Shown here: piece by piece, positions 35,673 through 40,208 of the stretch
How positions within the stretch are numbered: the stretch's first letter is position 1
How the letters are laid out: every line of letters starts with the position of its first letter
From: Pseudogymnoascus verrucosus
Lineage: Eukaryota
Length of the DNA: 40,208 nucleotides
Strand: one strand, 5' to 3'
Assembly: GCA_001662655.1 (NCBI GenBank)
Contig: KV460285.1
The notes under the pieces: model-generated
What the model saw: only the letters and a program-made list of their open reading frames with translations
What the model was told of the DNA's origin: nothing
Database searches by the model: none
Made by a program: the position numbers and the translations under genes

Positions 35673-36278
35673 ATGAGCGTCGTCCAGATCATCCTCCGTG
35701 GGCTCCAGTTCCTCTGGATCCTCCTCATCACAGCCCTCATCGGTAACGTTCTCGCCGGCAAGACCTCCAACAGCCCACCCACCAACTATGCCATGTTCAC
35801 CGTCGCCTTCTGCTGGCTCGTCTGGATTTACGGCATGGCCGCCGCCGTCATCGAATCCGTCGCCATCCCCATCGTTCTGATCATCCTCGACGCCTTCGCT
35901 ACCATATTCACCTTCATCGCAGGTGTCGTCCTAGCGGCGAAGCTCGGCGCGCACAGTTGCGACAACCGCGTAAGTTTTTCCAATCCACACATCGCGCCAC
36001 CCTCCCCATTCCCCACACCATAATCCGCAACTCCCGCCAAACCCCGAACTGAACCCCAAACTAACACCCCACAGGCCTACCTCGAGACCAAGGCCATCCT
36101 CCGCGACAACGGCTCCACCACCCGCCACTGCCGCGAGCTGCAAGCCAGCTGCGCCTTCTTCTGGTTCCTCTTCGCCTGCTTCATCGGCTCCATGGTCATG
36201 ACAGGCCTCAAGGGTGGATTCGGCGGCATGAGGCGCGGCGGTGGAGGTGGGGCTCCCGCCATGTCGCAGGTTCGCTAA
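35673..36278 (+). CDS. NCE102: MARVEL-domain eisosome/MCC protein Nce102-like, 166 aa; join(35673..35969,36075..36278)
   Basis: LRGLQFLWILLITALIGN, NYAMF, LAAKLGAHSC, CRELQASCAFFWFLF, C-terminal PAMSQV; four TM helices. Intron 35970-36074 (gtaagt..ctaac..cag). Confidence 0.9.
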
Positions 36279-37985
36279 GGTGAGACTTCCCCATTCCCCG
36301 TCAACTATATTAGATGACAACAGCGCTGACGTAAGTGGGCAGGAGTGAAGAAATCCCGACAACAACCCAGCGATGTCCAGCACGCTGCAAGGGATTTGAT
36401 ATAAGAAACAAGCTGGAGGATGTTGTTGTGTAATTTAAAAAGTATGTGTCGGTGGATTGGTTGTCTAGTGAGTACGGTCTGTGGAGTTCCACATTACGCT
36501 CACTACCTGTATCTGGGCGTTGCGTTGCCGCTGTGACTTTTTTATTTTTTTGGTTTTTATCTAGGAAGAACATGGGGGAAAGTGGTGGGAGGTGTATGAG
36601 TATTGTATGGGGGGAAGGGGTGTTCCGACTATTTGTTTCTGGATCTGGCGCGTCGGTTGTGTTGTTGAGCAGCCCCGACTGTGTCATGAGATGAACAATG
36701 TAATTAGATAAGATGGGACTGATAGGTCGGATGCCTGAGTAGATAATGGATGGGGTGTTTTAATGTATATGTTTCCTAGATCTCGGTTTGATGCTTAAGA
36801 GTCCGTCTCTTTATGCCCGTGAAACTCTCTGTTGGATGTTGGAGGAGATGTAATTTCCGCCAAGGTGATGGATATATACGAACGGCTACGTATATAAACC
36901 CCCAACGGCCCTCAATACCCGCAAGAAAAACAAATCTCAGAACTTACAGTGATTTTATGGGACATGGAAAGCTCAGCTACCGTACCCACACTCAAACCCC
37001 GAGACACCCAGCAAGCAGAAATAAAAGGCATGTGGAAAGGTGGCGTTAAGACCCTTAATGCACAGCTGAAGCACTTGTCGGTAACCGGACAGCAATTCAG
37101 AAACTCGATGGCTTCCAGAGCGCATTCACCGCACTCTGTTCCTCTCGTCACTACACTTCTCACCACTTCTCACCACTTCCGCACAACTGTTGTCACAACA
37201 CTCTCAGTACTAAAGCTCTCACCTCTCACTACCAGCATTCATATCACAGTCAGTTTCGACAACAGCACAGCACCCGCGAACTTGATTCTCGCAGAACGTA
37301 CGCTGAGCTTTGCCCACACCAGCCATAGACGGACTGATTGCTCGATTTCTTCCTGGTTCTGTAACGTATCCGCACCCCTACCGCTTTTATATACAAAATG
37401 AGCAAGCAGAGGTTTCCATTTCCGGCCTCTTATCTCCTGCGGCAAATAAGGGGTACCAGTGTCCCATTCCATAGTGCCGCCGAGGTGTATCTATCGGTAG
37501 CTCTTTGTCGGGCCGTGGTCTACGGGAAGCCGACGCACAACTGCCATCTTGGTGGAGAGTGAACAGTCGATGGACACACTCGAGGGAGTGCACAAATTTG
37601 AAAACTAAACAGACTTGTAAGTATTGTTTGTAACAAAGGGTCCCTCTCCAAAAATCCTTGAAACAGAGCACATACACCAGCCCACCCCCCCTCTTCTCCC
37701 ACCGGGCGCTCGAGTAAGTAACCGTAAGCTCACAGAAATCTAAAAAAAATAAAAACACAAAAAAACCAGACAAACGTGTCTGGTAAAAAATCCACCCCAT
37801 GGTGCCTCGAACCCGCGAATCCGAGAAGATGGTTAATTGCTTAATGTCAGGGTCACTCACCCCTCACCTCCGTCGTGCCAGCAAGGGTCCTAGATTCTAT
37901 AGCATGCCCGTATCTATTACCACAATTGCAAATAATCACCGCTCTACTCTACTCTACCCTACGCCAGCCAAAAAAAAATATGGGC

Positions 37986-38001
37986 AAAAAAAGAGGCAAA
38001 A
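37986..38001 (-). terminator. RNA polymerase III terminator (T4 and T7 runs) of the 5S gene
   Basis: Minus strand TTTTGCCTCTTTTTTT immediately follows the 5S 3' end. Confidence 0.75.
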
Positions 38002-38003
38002 GA

Positions 38004-38122
38004 ACATACAACAGTGGGTATTCGCTGGTGGTCACCCACCCAACTACTAATCCACCGATCTCAAGCTTGTGTATGGCAGAGCGGACGGGATGCCCAATTC
38101 TCTTGAGTCTATGGTCGTATGT
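38004..38122 (-). rRNA. 5S ribosomal RNA (dispersed copy, ~119 nt)
   Basis: Minus strand reads ACATACGACCATAGACTCAAGAGAATTGGGCATCCCGTCCGCTCTGCCATACACAAGCTTGAGATCGGTGGATTAGTAGTTGGGTGGGTGACCACCAGCGAATACCCACTGTTGTATGT. The ends pair, the internal control region is intact, T-runs follow and a TATA lies upstream. Confidence 0.97.
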
Positions 38123-38145
38123 GAGTGTTATGCGTGTAGGGAGGG

Positions 38146-38152
38146 ATATATA
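38146..38152 (-). promoter_or_regulatory. TATA-like element at about -24 to -30 of the 5S gene
   Basis: TATATAT on the minus strand, matching the position of the upstream TATA element known for dispersed Neurospora 5S genes. Confidence 0.65.
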
Positions 38153-39059
38153 CGCATTTCCAACTGTCCCCTTGTTTGATATTGCACCGACATGTTGATG
38201 TTTATATATGCGACACTACCCCCATACAACTTGTGAAATGAAACTGAACTGAACCATCCCTCATAAAACATCCCTTGAACGACAACTAAAGCTCTGGGAG
38301 GAAATGCTGAAGAAAAGAGGATTAATAGTATTAAACCTGACTATATTAACTATAAATTGAGGTATTTCGGGGATTTGGCGTGATTCTAATTAAGACGCAA
38401 TTCGTCAAGCATGCCCATATAAAACACTCAGGTTGCCCTGCGTCTTAGCCCGTTTGTTGTCAACAGCCCTTGACAACAGTTGGTCCGATGTACATGCTGT
38501 TACCTTTGTTTGCGGGTCTCGGGCGAAGTTTGGAATGGGAAGCGTATGATGAGTTGCTACATAAAATACATGGCCAAACAGAAATGTTGTCGTCTCCAAT
38601 ACCCCCACCGTTGTCTTCTCGTCGTCTCCGCCCCCTGACACCGCAGCTTCTCACCACCGTTCACCCTGCCATCACAGACACGGGTTCCGATTCTCTACAC
38701 AGTACGAACATGCGTATGCCGGATTCTTATCGTTTAGGGGATTCACTGCCTCGTTGGCTGCGACGTGTAGCTTTAAGTATACACACATTACTCTTCAGCT
38801 AGGTCTTTTCCACGCCCAATATTCTCCTCCTGATCTTCATGGTCAGGACTTCGATGGTGTAGATGTTAGTAATGATATACCAACCTCACTTTCCTCCGCC
38901 GCATACCACATAACATGCAACGCACGGACATCTCCACTCACGACAAGTGAATTGCTCTCAAGTGAACTGCTCTCAAGTGCTCTATTATTAATGCTCATAT
39001 TATCTCAGTGCTAGGCCATTTTGGAGCATATATTAGTATAAATAGTAATATTAAAGCTC

Positions 39060-39295
39060 TCCTTATCCCTCCCTATCCCCCATCTTACTCCTCCCATCCA
39101 CTCCTCTCTTTTCTCTTTCTGCCCGCCCCCCCCCTCCCCCCCGCCCCCTTTCTCTTCCCCATCCCCTCACACCCCCCTTCCCCAACCCATCACCCATAAC
39201 CCCTGTCCCTCATACCGTCACCCCCTTCCACCCTCCCCAGGACCGACCCAACATCCCCTATACCCCCCCCCCCCACCCCCCCCACCACACCACAC
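39060..39295. repeat. C-rich low-complexity tract (G-runs on the minus strand)
   Basis: Many C4-C12 runs, e.g. gcccgccccccccctccccccccgccccc and the C-runs at 39263-39283. Confidence 0.7.
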
Positions 39296-40208
39296 AAGCA
39301 CTTCAAACCGCACTCCAGAACTAAAAATACTATGCAGCTCTATCTGTGGTGCTCCCAGTAGAATCAGCATACACCCATGGATCTCTCACACCCCTTGTTG
39401 GCCGATATGGGGTTGGTGTACGGAGAAACGCTGTCGCCGTCATTTCTTGTCACCTCCATCACTTCTATTCCTGGTGTCGTGGGGTTCTCACCACCACCTC
39501 ACTTTCTCACCACCGCGACGAACCTTCTCACCACCCACCTCCTAATTCTCAACCACACAGCACAGCACACACAACACGTACCCACAACCGCGAGCCCCCA
39601 CCGACAAGCATCATCACACAGACCACCTCTCTCCATAGTCGTATGCGTGTCTTTTTAGGGAATGAAGTGTGATTGTTCAAAAAGAGCCCATTTCGAGGTA
39701 TATTTATAGTAATAATGATGATGGTGGTGACTTTTTGAGCGAACTGATTAAATAAAAAGCTATATCTCTCAACCAACCAACCTACAACACAAGATCAACT
39801 AACGTACAGTACATGAATGGTAATATGAGACTCTCTTCCCCTCTCTTGTTTCTTCTCTGCCCCATCTCCAAACTCTTCCATGCCCATCCCTTAACCCCAA
39901 AAAAACCCAAACCCAAACCCCCAAAAAACATATATAAATCTCAACTCCCTAAAAGGAACCAGTTAAATAAAACAATGAACAAGAATGAAAAGTAAATCAG
40001 AACAGACTAATAATATACTTTATCCCAAACCCCGCCACCCCAACCTTCCAACCATGACCCCCAAAAAAATGACAAGACGCCCGACCCAAGAGCAACCAAT
40101 AACCCCAGAAAAAAAATATGACAAGACGCGACCGAAATCAAAAAACCCCGAATACACCAGTTCACCACCCTCACCCCACCTCAATTCTACCCACCCCACT
40201 CATCTCCC

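Noticed and set aside
36949..37860. ORFs 36949-37401 (+) and 37387-37860 (-)
   Set aside because: Compositionally biased, no homology cues or gene-like structure; not called as CDS.
38944..38979. 15-bp tandem duplication caagtgaa[t/c]tgctct x2.4
   Set aside because: Ordinary slippage duplication with no supporting context.
40061..40136. Direct repeat atgacaagacgc x2 in A/C-rich sequence
   Set aside because: Two copies in low-complexity DNA at the window edge, probably the 3' flank of a gene outside the window.

Overview
Gene-dense window of a filamentous ascomycete genome. Evidence: short GT-AG introns with CTAAC/CTGAC branch sites and a dispersed 5S rRNA gene. Leotiomycetes, possibly Pseudogymnoascus, is an unverified impression. 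Conserved genes, with exon structures rebuilt by hand: leukotriene A4 hydrolase/M1 aminopeptidase, a Uds1-domain protein, AP-3 mu (APM3), a DMAC1/DUF4536-like membrane protein, RRP4, a HAPSTR1/DUF4588-like protein and an ISWI ATPase. A more accessory-looking block follows: an APH/AIM9-like phosphotransferase, a small secreted 6-Cys beta/gamma-crystallin-like protein, a GH5 mannanase, an SDR interrupted by a 1-nt frameshift in a C8 run, PNGase A and a large orphan repeat protein. The window ends with NCE102 and a 5S rRNA gene. I found no intact transposon or CRISPR array and no clearly demonstrable new multi-gene system. The best leads are the crystallin-like candidate effector/toxin, the SDR frameshift with its CGGCCG-rich upstream palindrome, several unexplained non-coding hairpins (2656-2701, 34231-34403, 37420-37600) and the orphan repeat protein. 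Family assignments come from motif recognition; no database search was run.
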